64,000 bases of DNA from Phoronis australis (Eukaryota; Animalia; Phoronida). The notes beneath the pieces are model-generated. The model was not told the origin of the DNA. It saw nothing but the letters and a program-made list of their open reading frames with translations, and did not search any database. Shown in pieces: positions 52,010-64,000 of the stretch. Made by a program: the position numbers and the translations under genes. The stretch spans positions 897,426 through 961,425 of the forward strand of contig NMRA01000107.1 of NCBI GenBank assembly GCA_002633005.1. The letters are read 5' to 3'. The stretch's first letter is position 1. Each line of letters starts with the position of its first letter.

Positions 52010-52575
52010 GCCGGTCCGTTAGAAGCGCCGGTATCGAAAAAGCACGGGAAAAGGCCACTTAAAAACACCATTTTAAAATAATAAAGCTCCGGGTCTCAAA
52101 TAAGCGTGGGGTCTCAAATAAGTGCCCAGGCGGCTAGCTATTAAAGACTAAGTGACTGAAACTACAGGTCTGGCCACAGCTTACTGTTTTACTGGATAAT
52201 CTAAGGCCTATTGTTAACAAATTTTAAGAAAACATCACGAATGGAAATCAATGAGTAGATGCGTTGAAAGCGTTGAAAACTAAAATGACGTAAAAGTTGT
52301 TTTAAAAACGTATACATTAAGTAAAAAACCAGTCTTGGACTCGTTTGGACATGGTTGACAAGTGAAACGAACACTTTTCAAAACAATGCTCATTGACACC
52401 ATGCTGTTGAATAAAGCTGGGAACTTACTGGTCAACAATAAGCGGGCACTGGGTCTGCAAAATTAGCCCAGCTTGTTGAATATGCGCCTGGTTTTAAATA
52501 AGCGCCGGTTTGGAATAAAAGCTGGGTCAAAATTGTTTTCAAATAATGAGCTCCCGGGCGCTAATACGCGATCTG
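52010..52575. repeat. Degenerate MITE with repeated aataagcgcc-type subterminal motifs
   Basis: Clusters of aataagcg/aaataagtgcc/aatatgcgcc at 52020-52135 and 52435-52570. Confidence 0.4.
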
Positions 52576-53457
52576 ATCTAGCTAGCTCAGTCGCAGGAGT
52601 TGACTTCCTGTACATGTATAGTAACCATTAAATGATTTTGACGCGTCCTTGCATCTTTTGTTCCGAACGAGGACTGCGATCATTTAAGTGGCGAGTTATT
52701 GAAGTGCAAGGAGTGTGCGAAACCGGCCTCGAAATTGAGTCGCCGCGGCTTAGTACCGCAGAGAACCATACTATAACTTGTTTCCAGGGCTTACTGCAGA
52801 CATGTCTTTATATTCACGTAGATAATAACAATATAATTAGTAATGAATGTCCCATTAAGAAATCATAACTGGTCTGAAAACAATGCTGCAGCTAAGCGTA
52901 TGGACTGATCATGTGAGTTGCCTTAGGAGTCAGTGGATTGTTTAATAAAGTCTTCCCTTCACAGGCCATTCTATACAAATGCAAATACAAATAGTTTGTT
53001 ATTATACCTTGAGGCTATAAGCACTGAGATGTCATTCAAAAAAACAATAAACAATATTAAAGTTAATCACAGGGGTCAGTTTCAATCAATCCTATCCTCC
53101 TAGCTGTAGGGTAATATAATAATTTTATTATAATTTGCTACAGTAAAACGCAATAATTCAATAATTTCTTCAGTCTATGAATTGGGGTAAGACCAAGATC
53201 AGACTGGTAGACGTACTTTCCATAATTCAGAATACAAACTGCAGACACAGGCACTCGTCCTCACAGGAGCGACACAGGCCAAACGGAAAACTAGATCGCA
53301 AGCTCCTAACATAGATATCAGTAGATAAGCCTGTCTATTGTTCATTTTGTTTTTCTCATAATAAAGGTAATCGTAACAAGTTGTCGATAATCTGTTGATG
53401 TGCTCCTAAGCTCCGATATCCCAGCGACCTGTATTGTTATATCCAACAAAGAAAACA

Positions 53458-56400
53458 GTGGTAGCGTCCTATAGGCGATAATCATGCGATGCGCTTACGC
53501 CCGTTAAAAAATAGCTTAACAACTCCATGCTACGTCTCTTGGCATGTGCATGTCGACCACATTCCATCTAAAGTTATTGTTAGAAAACCTTTGTCTAGCC
53601 ACTGAGCTAATAAAAATAAGTGGTAATGGATACCACAAGTTCATTTCTATGCAGAAATGAGACTTAATAATGCAAAAGGTACCGAACGATGAGCTGTTCT
53701 GGACAATTGTTCGTCGCTACTGTACATAACAATCAAGTCATATTCTTTCTTTGAAGGCAGTTATATATGTTTTATTATAACCTAGGGCACCTTGATGAAG
53801 CTACTCATCACCAATGTTGTACATACGTAATAAATTTTTTGCCGATACTGCATAGTTTTGTATCTCTGCTTCATTTAGGGAAAATAACATAAACACAGCT
53901 TTGCTGGTTCTTGATCTGGGTAACATTATTAGCTTGACCCATTATTTAACACATTTGATATAATAATTCACAAACTTTTAAAAGGAAATCTGTCACATTC
54001 ACCTAATACGACAGCATTAGAAGTTTCACAAAGAAAACATTTTACAAAATTTTATATGCACTTGTTCAATGGACTTGTACTGTATTCACAAAATCGATAG
54101 ATTTTTAACCATACTGAGGTAAGGATAGATAAAACCTTGTCAAAATCTGAAACTTAGGTTCTCGATACTGCAAACTTTTGGTCTTGAATGAGGCCTTACT
54201 TGCTTGTCGAAATAAGGTTTCATTTTTTTGTACCAAGATAATTTGGGCGTGAGGTAGTAAGATATTATGGATTTTGTAGGATGGAGCTGTCTTAATTTGC
54301 TGATTGCCAAAGAACCATGTCACACACATGTGCGCGCATCGGTGGCATGAATGACCGGTAATTGATGGTTCAGCCCAGTTCCTCCCACACGGGCTTATGT
54401 TGGTACGCAACAAAATATATATCCAAATTGTTTTCAGTTTCCTGTAATTTCAGAAAACAGTGAGCCGAATCTCAGCTCTTGCTTCACTTCTCTTCGCTAA
54501 GACCGAGAATTTCCAATAAAGCGCCCTGAGCGACAATGATTTCTTCACTGAAGTCGCTTTTTTATTCCTGAAACAGCCCCCATGAGCGCTTTTTCGAGAG
54601 CAGTGATTCAATCACGTCACTAATTGCAGTTCCAAAAGAGGTGCCCGTGTGCGCTGTTTCTTCAGTTTTTTCGATTAATAAGCGGCGTCAACAACCGCAT
54701 GTCAGGAGCTTTGCGTTCCCAAGTCGTTGAACGATTTCTTAGTGGAAAGAGCTGCAGATTGGTGCACGCAAGTTGTAGGATTATCCTACTAAATACTTTC
54801 CCTGGTATTGGTAGCAGCGTTATCCCTCGATGGATGCTACAGTTTCCAAGGTCTCCTTTCCTTGGTAATTTTATTATGTGCCCTTCTTTCCAACCGTCTG
54901 GGAAGATTTCATCTGGCCATACTTTGTGGAAGAGGTCGTTCAATAACTTTGCAGTTGAAGGGATGTCGGCCAGTAGTGCCTCTGGGGGGATATNGTGGTA
55001 GCGTCCTATAGGCGATAATCATGCGATGCGCTTACGCCCGTCAAACAATAGCTTAACAACTCCATGCTACGTCGTTTGGCATGTGCATGTCGACCACATT
55101 CCATATAAAGTTATTGTTAGAAGACCTTTGTCTAGCCACTGAGCTAATAAAAATAAGTGGTAATGGATACCACAAATTCATTTCAATGCAGAAATGAAAC
55201 TTAATAATGCAAAAGGTACCGAACGATGAGCTGTTCTGGACACTTGTTCGTCGCTACTGTACATAACAATCAAGTCATTTTCTTTCTTTGAAGGCAGTTA
55301 TATATGTTTTATCATAACCTAGGGCTCCTTGATGAAGCTACTCATCACCAATGGTGTACATACGTAATAATTTTTTTGCCGATAATGCATAGTTTTGTAT
55401 CTCTGCTTCATTTAGGGAAAATAACATAAATACAGCTTTGCTGATTCTTGATCTGGGTAACCTTATTAGCTTGACCCATTATTTAACACATTTGATATAA
55501 TAGTTCACAAACTTTTAAAAGGAAATCTGTCACATTCACCTAATACGACAGCATTAGAAGTTTCACAAAGAAAACATTTTACAAAATTTTATATGCACTT
55601 GTTCAATGGACTTGTACTGTATTCACAAAATCGATAGATTTTTTAACCATACTGAGGTAAGGATAGATAAAACCTTGTCAAAATCTGAAACTTAGGTTCT
55701 CGATACTGCAAACTTTTGGTCTTGAATGAGGCCTTACTTGCTTGTCGAAATAAGGTTTCAGTTTTTTGTACCAAGATAATTTGGGCGTGAGGTAGTAAGA
55801 TATCATGGATTTTGTAGGATGGAGCTGTCTTAATTTGCTGATTGCCAAAGAACCATTTCACACACATGTACGCGCATTGGTGGCATGGATGACCGGTAAT
55901 TGATGGTTCACCCCAGTTCCTTCAACACGGGCTTATGTTGGTACGCAACAAAATATATATCCAAATTGTTTTCAGTTTCCTGTAATTTCAGAAACCAGTG
56001 AGCCGAATCTCAGCTCTTGCTTCGCTTATCTTCGCTAACACCGAGAATTTCCAATAAAGAGCCCTGAGCGACAATGATTTCTTCACTGAAGTCGCTTTTT
56101 TATTCCTGAAACAGCCCCCATGAGCGCTTTTTCGAGAGCAGTGATTCAATCACGTCACTAATTGCAGTTCCAAAAGAGTTGCCCATGTGCGCTGTTTCTT
56201 CAGTTTTTTTCGATAAATAAGCGGCGTCAACAAGCGCATGTTAGGAGCTTTGCGTACCCAAGTCGATGACCGATTTCTTAGTGGAAAGAGCTGCAGATTG
56301 GTGCACGCAAGTTGTAGGATTATCCTACTAAATACTTTCCGTGGTATTGGTAGCAGCGTTATCCCTCGATGGATGCTACAGTTTCCAAGGTCTCCTCTCC

Positions 56401-56531
56401 TTGGTAATTTTATTATGTGCCCTTCTTTCCAATCGTCTGGGAAGATTTCATCTGGCCATACTTTGTGGAAGAGGTCGTTCAATAACTTTGCAGTTGAAGG
56501 GATGTCGACCAGTAGTGCCTCTGGGGGATAT
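53458..56531. repeat. ~1.54-kb tandem duplication split by n at 54994 (probable haplotype redundancy)
   Basis: 53458-54993 vs 54995-56531: near-identical; includes the RT-proximal end of the RTE fragment. Confidence 0.85.
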
Positions 56532-57925
56532 GCTCTGGTCCTGCGCCTTTTGCTGTCTTTAGGAATCTCAGAGAAAATGAAATTTCATCTAGCGTTGGTG
56601 GTTCACAGTCGATTTTTAAGTCATGTCTTGCTGGCATAATATCTGGGGGATTGTCTGGTGGTCGTCTGTTGAGGAGTGCATCGAAGTGCACTTTCCATCT
56701 CTTCAGTTGGTTATCTTTTTCAAACACTTTTTCGTTTTTGTCTTTCACTGGTACCTCTGGTTTTCGATATCTGCCGGATAAGCGAGACGTGTTTTGAAAC
56801 ACCATTCGCATGTGTACATTGGCTGTTGCTTCCTCCGTTTTTTCCGCTATGTCGTTCAGGAATTTTTCCTTATCGTTTTTAATGCTGTTCTTTACTTCTC
56901 TGTCGGCAGTCGTGTATGCTTCCTGTGCCATTGCTTTTTCAGCTCTTGTTTTGCTGTTGTGAACATTTTGCTTATTTGCTCTTCGTTCCTCTATTTTGCT
57001 TAAGGATTCCCGTGTTATCAATTCTTGGTGTGTCTGTTTCTTGTGTCCGAGCAATTCTTGGCCAGTGTCAGTGAAGGTTTCTCCTCCTCTTTTCGACATT
57101 GTTATTACATCATCGCTTACTTCCTCTTCTAGGTCCTGCAGTGACTGGAATTTGTTTGTGAGAGTTAGTTTAAACTCTTTCTTTTCTGTTCGTCTTGTAA
57201 CAAGTTGATCTGATACTTCGGTTCCCATTGCTGCCTGATTTGAATCGTCTCAGCTTTATCCTAAGTTTTGCAAGCACAAGCTGTGGTCTGATCCGACATC
57301 TGCTCCTCTCATTACTCTCACATCTTCCACTGATCTCAGAATTTACGGGATATACAGAAATGGTAGATTTGATTTTCCGTTACTCCTTCAGGCGAGATCC
57401 ATGTGACTTTGTGAATCCTGCTGTGTGGGAATGTAGTTCCTGCGACCACTAAGTTGTTGAAACCGCACAGGTCTTTGAACCTTTCTCCATTGTCATTTTC
57501 CTCGCCGACTCCATGTTTTCCCATAGTTTCCTAATATCTGAAATTGATTTCTCCTACTTTTGCATTGGCATCTCCCATAATAATGTTGATGTCCTTTTCT
57601 GGGAGTTTGTTGATCACTTGTTGTAGCCTGATGTAGATTTCATCTTTTGTCTCTTCCTCTGCTTCGTTTTTGGTGCAGATATGAATAATGTTTATGTTGA
57701 ATTTCTGTTTGGTGGTGAATGACGCTAGAATAATCCGAGGTGCATGCGGTTCCCATACTCTAAGTGTGTTTTGTGTCGACTTGCTGAGTAGTATTCCAAC
57801 ACCATCTTCATGCTTTCCTTCTTCATGTCCTGAGTGGATAAACTTTTCACCTGAGGATAAACGTTGCTCTCCGTGCCGGATCCAGTGGGTTTCGCTGATC
57901 CCAAGTATGTCGAGAGGTTTGCGGT
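56310..57925 (-). mobile_element. RTE-clade LINE relic: APE endonuclease, linker and RT N-terminus; 3'-truncated and frameshifted
   Basis: LDILGISETHW...SGHEEGKHEDGVGILLS...IIMGDANAKVG; MGKHGVGEENDNGERF.DLC.FNNLVV.GT.FPH.RIHK.TWISP; QLKRWK.HF..LLNR; PDDWKEGHIIKLP.RGDLGNC..HRGITLL.IP.KVFSRIIL. Duplicate end at 54770-54993. Confidence 0.9.
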
Positions 57926-59531
57926 ACCGAGTAAATATTTTCACGAAGCACAGCAACCGAGACTAATAACTTTCATCTACACATGTATATAAAACGCGTA
58001 TAGTGTAACATATTTATGACTCATATTTAAGTTTTAATCCCCATTTTTTCTCCAACTCCTGTGCAATAACCGTGTCACGTGACCGTATTAATAACCATCT
58101 AGTTTATTACACAGCACGAGGCGTATGTGGTGTCTGAATTAGCCATATAAGCTGGTGGCATTTATTAGAGTCATGAGATATACAATTTGGTGGTGTAGAC
58201 TCAAAACAACATTGAAACAAATTTCTGCATCAGATGACTTGTTTACCATCAGCAATCGTTCTCTGTGCTCTGTTGCATAAAAGAGTCCCAAATAGGGATT
58301 CAACTAAGTTCCCTAAATGTACTGCATATTTGTGGACTTGTTTAAACACTGATTATCTTTTCTTATAATGCTTGAGTGTCAATTTTTGGCTTTGGTACAA
58401 ATAGAGAGTGAAATTTACGTTGAATTCTCAATATTGTCGAAAATAAGTAGAGATCTTTTCATGCAACGCTCCCAATTTAAGAACTGAGTCCTTAATTATA
58501 ATGACTCAATTAAGGGCTAAGTTTTAGTTACATTATTTGAAAATATCATTAGTTAAAAAGGAACTCGTAGTAAAGATAAATGATAGAGAAAATGTTATAC
58601 CTGTGAGAGAAGAATGAAGCAAATACTGAAAAGAATTAGGGAACTTGACTGAGTCCCTATTTGGGACTGTTTCATGCAACCGGGCACAGTAAAGATGGTT
58701 AGCACTTTTCGACATATCATGAGTAAATCTAAAACATCTTATCAACATTTTAAGGCAGTCATAGGAGTGGACTGGTTGCATGGCGATCCTTGTATTCACG
58801 GAGGGGTAATAACCAACTCAATCATCGAAGGTGACATCTCTCGCCGTTGTACATGTATATAGGCTTCATGATTCCGCCCACTGTGTTGTTTCCAACCATA
58901 AATATTAATCGCCGTCCGACTATAAAAGTCAGGTCCGTAGCCACGGGGGTTCGGGGGCTTCGATCGAACCCTCCCCCCCACGAGGAAAAGGTCCAGCTCT
59001 AGTCTATCCGTTAGGATAAGATATGATTTGAATGGGCAACAAAATTGTTGTAGGTACTAGTTTTACTAACTACAATCATAAGCAGGTTAATATTAATTTT
59101 GAATTTGCTTCCGATGTAAAGCGCTTCACATAATCATCGGGACGTGTCCGGCCCGAGTAGTGACTACGTAGATGACGAATAGAAGATGCTTTATGTTATT
59201 CATCGGCACTGAAACATGCGCGCACCTAAGGGGCGGTCGGGGGACTCGAACAATCCCCCCATTTGGCAAAGTGAACTAAAAGGTCCGCCTCAGAGAAACA
59301 AAATGTCAGCCAAAACGAGACAAAAAGTCCATTAAAAAGGCGCAAACGCACAATTCATAGGTCTGGACGTGGTACCCCGTTTCTTTTTTAGCCATTACAC
59401 TAACAACTACCAACAAATCGCTGATCACATTACAACCTTCAACAGAACCGAAAATGACTCTCCACTTATTTACCACACTATGATTAACAAACGAAGTGAA
59501 GTGAGACATTTACCACAGTCGTGTAAACAGA

Positions 59532-61665
59532 GTCGACCAGTGTGGCTCCCAACCCATTTGACGGTTCGTCGAGTTCAGACGATGTAAAAATGCTAATGGA
59601 AGACATTCCAGTTATTTTTTACAAGAAGTACGTCGCCTACTGCATTATATGTTCAACCTTTAGACACTAAATGATACCAGTGTTGCTTCAAGTAGTTTCG
59701 GACACACAATAGCCACTGGCAAATTGCGCGTATTTTCATACTGATCTTTGGTTTATGGGCCCAATGTTGACCGGCAAATACTAACAGAAATCCCACATGC
59801 AGTGGAACATGAAATACTATGTAATTTTGTTTTTATTTCTTGGTTTTGGCGACACTAGGAATGAAAGTCGTTGACTTCCTGTGCCGTAGTACGTGTAGGC
59901 CTAGGTTGAACAGACGGCGCACATTTTTTATCGTTTGCTCAGTGCAAAAGCCTTTAATATGGTCTGCTTCAGTCACATCGCTTTAAGATCAAATTGTCTG
60001 GGACCCTAGACAAATGCCCAAACTTGGTTAACTTTGAACCATCATATTATTTTTACATCAGTGTCATTATGTTCATAAACAACTTTAAAATTGCGCAAAA
60101 CAAAACGAAATGTTATTACAGAAAACTGTTCTGCAACTTTTTTAAGCTTTCACCTTGAACATTTGATATCAAATAAAATTGATGTTATTGATACCGTTAT
60201 TTTGCCATCAATGTACCTTTTTTCAGAATTTTACAGAAAAACATGGTCACGCGTCATAATCTTTAAACGAATTGTAGAAGTAAAACATATAAACCTAGAG
60301 GCTTTCTAGTTTCAGGAAAAAACATAATTTTACTAGGTTCAATTCTTCAGTTCCGTAGAAGTCTGGATAATACGCAGATTTCTAAATAAGGTGTCGCCCA
60401 GCCCTGCATTTGTTAATGATGTCTTTAAATTTCGAAGATGTGCTGTCGAAAAAATGAAATGAAATCAAATCAAATCATGTTGTAACATGTAAAGTTTAAT
60501 GAAAATTTCTAGTTAACATACGTGCACTGAATTTTGGTGAATTTTGATGAATTTTCCTCCACACTGGCAACTGTCCCATGGTTGATGGTGAGCTTCACTG
60601 TTCGAACGACTTCCCTGTGTCAACACGTTAAAGAAAGCACGCTGCCATTGTTGCTGTTTACTTTAAACACCCTAAAAATACTCTTTCCGCTACATTTTAA
60701 TCAAAAAACACAAAACGGATGGCAAGGTAACTTAGACTGAGTGCACCTGAACAGTAAACCCAAATAATGCTCACTTAACACAACTTCAAATATGTCAAGC
60801 ATAACTAAATTTACGATGGATTTTTGATTGTGCACCACCACAAAAAAACTAACCGACTTAGTGAGTGACAGATGACTCATGCATTATGAGTACTCACTCA
60901 ACTGTTGTCATACATGTATCTGATGCAGTTTCCATTGAAACCCAACCCACTTACATGTAAAAACTAATGGTAAAATAAGGCAAACACAAACAGCGATGAA
61001 AGTTAGAAAACGTTTATATTTTAAGGATACATGCATCTTTCGCCCTAGGAACAGCATTTGTGTTCTAAATTTCGTGAATAAAAGGAAACAGTATTTTTAA
61101 ACGAAAAAATAATTTGCACAAAAGCAGACAGAGATGTAAAGGGTAGCACTTACATTATTGAGGATTCACAGTTGGAAAACTCTAGTCACTGAAGAAAATA
61201 CTGCCAAAGAAACACTTTTAGGTACCAAGACAACGAAATGACGACTACTTACAGCTCCATGCGTGAATAAAACGACGCGTGTATACGCAGTTTATGCGGG
61301 TCCTTATATACGATTGCGTGTGAGCTTTACGACTTATATTGTCGTTGATACTGGTGCACAAGTTCTGATAACGTAACGTGAATGGCACCGTAACTCTAAA
61401 AACGTGGTAGAGTGTGCGGTTGGCAACCTTAACATTTTTGTATTATCGAGTTCCGTTCTTCGCTGTCAAGAGTTGTCGTGTGAAACCATTTGATAATAAT
61501 ACATAGCTGTTCTGTTTTACCAGACATTATGGTGACTTGGTAACACATTTTAGAATCCTGTGACAACTGAAAACAAAATATTGTGCCTATTGGATACGTC
61601 TCTATTTTTTGACTTTCAGATAACCTGCAGTTTACGTCTCACGTCTTAATTTTTCTTCACACAGC
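59532..61665 (+). repeat. ~2-kb interspersed repeat or segmental duplication, copy 2
   Basis: See 3985-6023; ORFs 4510-4746 and 60091-60309 are paralogous short ORFs inside it. Confidence 0.85.
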
Positions 61666-61942
61666 GAGGATTATGTCTTAACGCCGACACTTGTTTAACT
61701 TAAACCGTCCACGCATAGAGGAATGTCGGAGTTGTGAAGTGTGTATTAGTTTATGCTTTGTTTTACTTTCATTCTGTTTAAAGCGTCTGGAAATGCGCCA
61801 AATACAAATTGATTAACTAAACCATTTATGGAAAATTAGTTTCAAGCTTCAAAAATGCAAACCACCCAACTCGTAAGATAACTTAACAGCTTATACATGC
61901 CTCCTAACACCAATGGCGGCATATTTCGACCACAAAAGTTAA

Positions 61943-63240
61943 AGGAGAATACCACCCCACTTAATTAGTCTTTTTACCGTCTTAATCGGTCTATATCTAC
62001 AACACCTCGTATACGTTCGATCTTACTTCACCGAGAGCTGCCGCGGTAACCTGTGAGGAAGGGGAGAAACGACGCAGCGACGTAATTGGTTCTTCTACAA
62101 AGCGAGTTTCGCTATCGTGTGGTGTATCATACTCGCTTGTGCGAACTATGAAGCTGCGAGAAAAGCGGGTAAATCGTTTTTTTTTGTTTTCCTCAACAAC
62201 CCATAACGCTTCGGAAGAAGCTCGCGGTAATGAACAATGAAACGTACGCCGTTAATACCAAGTATGAGACCGTGAAACTTTTCCGTGTCTGTGGCCGGCA
62301 GATCGTCGTCACTGACGATCGAATGCCGGCATACTAAACGGCTCATACCAGGGAAGAAAAAAGAGACTGGGAATGAAGTCAGATGTTGTGCCCAGTTCGT
62401 TTGCGTTCGGCAGGCAAGAGACAAAGAAACGCGGATCGGTTGTTGTTCAGTTTTTAATTATGGAGAATTGCAGTAGCCCATGAAAACAAACAATTAAATT
62501 AATTCAAGGCATGAGAACATAACGTTTTATGGAGTCATGTATATCCCGTTTGATGACTAACTCATTCTTCAGGCCCCTGTTCTGTCCTCTGGTTTAGGAT
62601 GTTTTCGCCAGTTCTTTTTCCCAGCCCTAGAAAACGTCGTAAGCACACCCCTGTTTAGATGCAGTGCAAAATCAGGATGGTCAGTGAAACACATCAGATC
62701 TGCGCTTCTCCATGAACGTTTTGCACTTGACGGAATTTCGTGGCAGCAAACGCTGGCGTCAGTCGTTTCCTTTATCGCGCAGTTAGCGCACTGACAGCAT
62801 GACAAGTCATTCAAAGAGTACAACTATCCATATGCTCCGTTGTCTGTGCACGTTCACGGCGCCTCTCTAGTATTTCTTGATCATTGCATTTCGGTTTGAA
62901 CTGATAGCCTGTGAAACCTAACGGTCGACCTTTGGAGTCTCCGTAGGATGAGCACTCGTCTAAGTCGGGATTGAAAGTTGCCACCTTGACGTTTATTATT
63001 GTGCGTTTTCTTTCAAAATTAATTATTCTCACCCTAACCAATGGTTATATCAAACTGAAACATGCCTTTGGCGTTTTCGTGAGTGCAAATGTCTTGAGAA
63101 GCCAGCAACGAATAAATCACTGCGTTACCGGTGAAATAAACAAAAAAATTGGCCGGACACCGATGCCGTGTCAGCGCATGCTACCTCAGTGTTTGGTGAC
63201 AGAAATCTGTTTTGAAACAATAACTTAATTTTATATCCTA
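61943..63240. mobile_element. Kolobok-like relic: THAP transposase 5' end (plus) convergent with a P2X7-ballast/KolX-like gene (minus)
   Basis: TTAA|AGGAGAATAC at 61939-61952. Plus 62114-62405: VWCIILACANY...GKSFF.FP.....RKK...RVCG...KSDVVPS.F (THAP). Minus 62985-62570: GYQFKP...CCQCANCAIKET....VCCHEIP...CFTDHPDF..HLNRGVL. Right end not located. Confidence 0.7.
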
Positions 63241-64000
63241 TGATCAGATGTTAGGGAAATCTTTATTTAGATATTAATATACATTACTCTACAACGTTTG
63301 CCCCGCCTGGCGGTTCTGTGGAAGGGTGACCAGACTTCGCGGCCCCCGACGAGCTAGTAAGTAGATTCCATGTTCGCTGCTAATCCACCAAAATAACCAC
63401 ATGCACAATATTTCTTTGACTCACTAGTAGTCTTTTCGTGACTGGAAGCTTAGTTTCCAAATTTAGCTGGTTTATGTTCGTGGTGTCGTCAGTCCGGCCG
63501 CGACGGGCCTGATCGGGTTCCGAGCCACTGGCCGGGATAGCAAGCGTTTTGTGTGTTTAGAACGGAAAAGAATCATAAATCTAAATTTACGACACACAGC
63601 TATGTTCCCCTATCTGTATTTAACGGACGAAAACTTGCATTTATGGCCAAACGGACCCCAAACTCCCACGCCCATCCTTGGTAAATTGGCCTACAGAACT
63701 TTGTGGGATTCGGTACGTTCAAATACCTATAAATCCATAAGAGCGAAATTAAACAACGCGTTAGTTCAATAACTCGATGTATTCGTAAGGATTTTAGTTC
63801 GAATTTTGATGATAAACTGGTGTAAAACGATGTAATTCGAGCGATAAGCTGACACCAGTAAGCGTGATATTAACTGCTGAACCGACTGCGTTGGGACCTG
63901 TGACGTCATTGGTTAATTTCAACACTGCTATCAGGTGTCTGGTAAAAGAACATCACTTGCTGTTATCGAGTAGAACTACTCGATCTAAATTGATACAAAA

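Noticed and set aside
63465-63545. tRNA/SINE-like GC-rich segment with a B-box-like ggttccgagcc
   Set aside because: No cloverleaf could be folded; at most a degenerate SINE head.

Overview
AT-rich, repeat-dense eukaryotic (probably marine invertebrate) genomic DNA. Most ORF-track entries are spurious. One host gene can be reconstructed by hand on the minus strand, about 41 kb long (51286->10279): a secreted CAP/SCP (CRISP/antigen-5/PR-1) protein with signal peptide + CAP domain + EGF-like domain + ShKT-like domain, about 311 aa. All GT-AG junctions in the model are in phase, and TATA and CCAAT boxes lie upstream. One short linker exon is uncertain. Three exons (CAP C-terminal half, EGF, ShKT) each occur twice. 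The copies lie on either side of single-'n' scaffold joins, so they are most likely two haplotypes rather than true tandem exons. The CAP copies differ only at silent sites, while the EGF and ShKT copies differ at 4 and 5 amino acids, suggesting a hypervariable C-terminal effector module. Introns and flanks hold TE relics: Academ-like (XPG + Cys-rich), Sola3-like, two Kolobok-like (THAP + P2X7-ballast/KolX-like), RTE, L2/Crack-like and CR1 LINEs, a Gypsy integrase scrap and MITEs. There are also an inverted minisatellite pair, unclassified interspersed repeats and a strong excess of TACATGTA that looks like transposon excision footprints. All alignments and counts were done by eye; TE family calls rest on motif recognition, not database searches.
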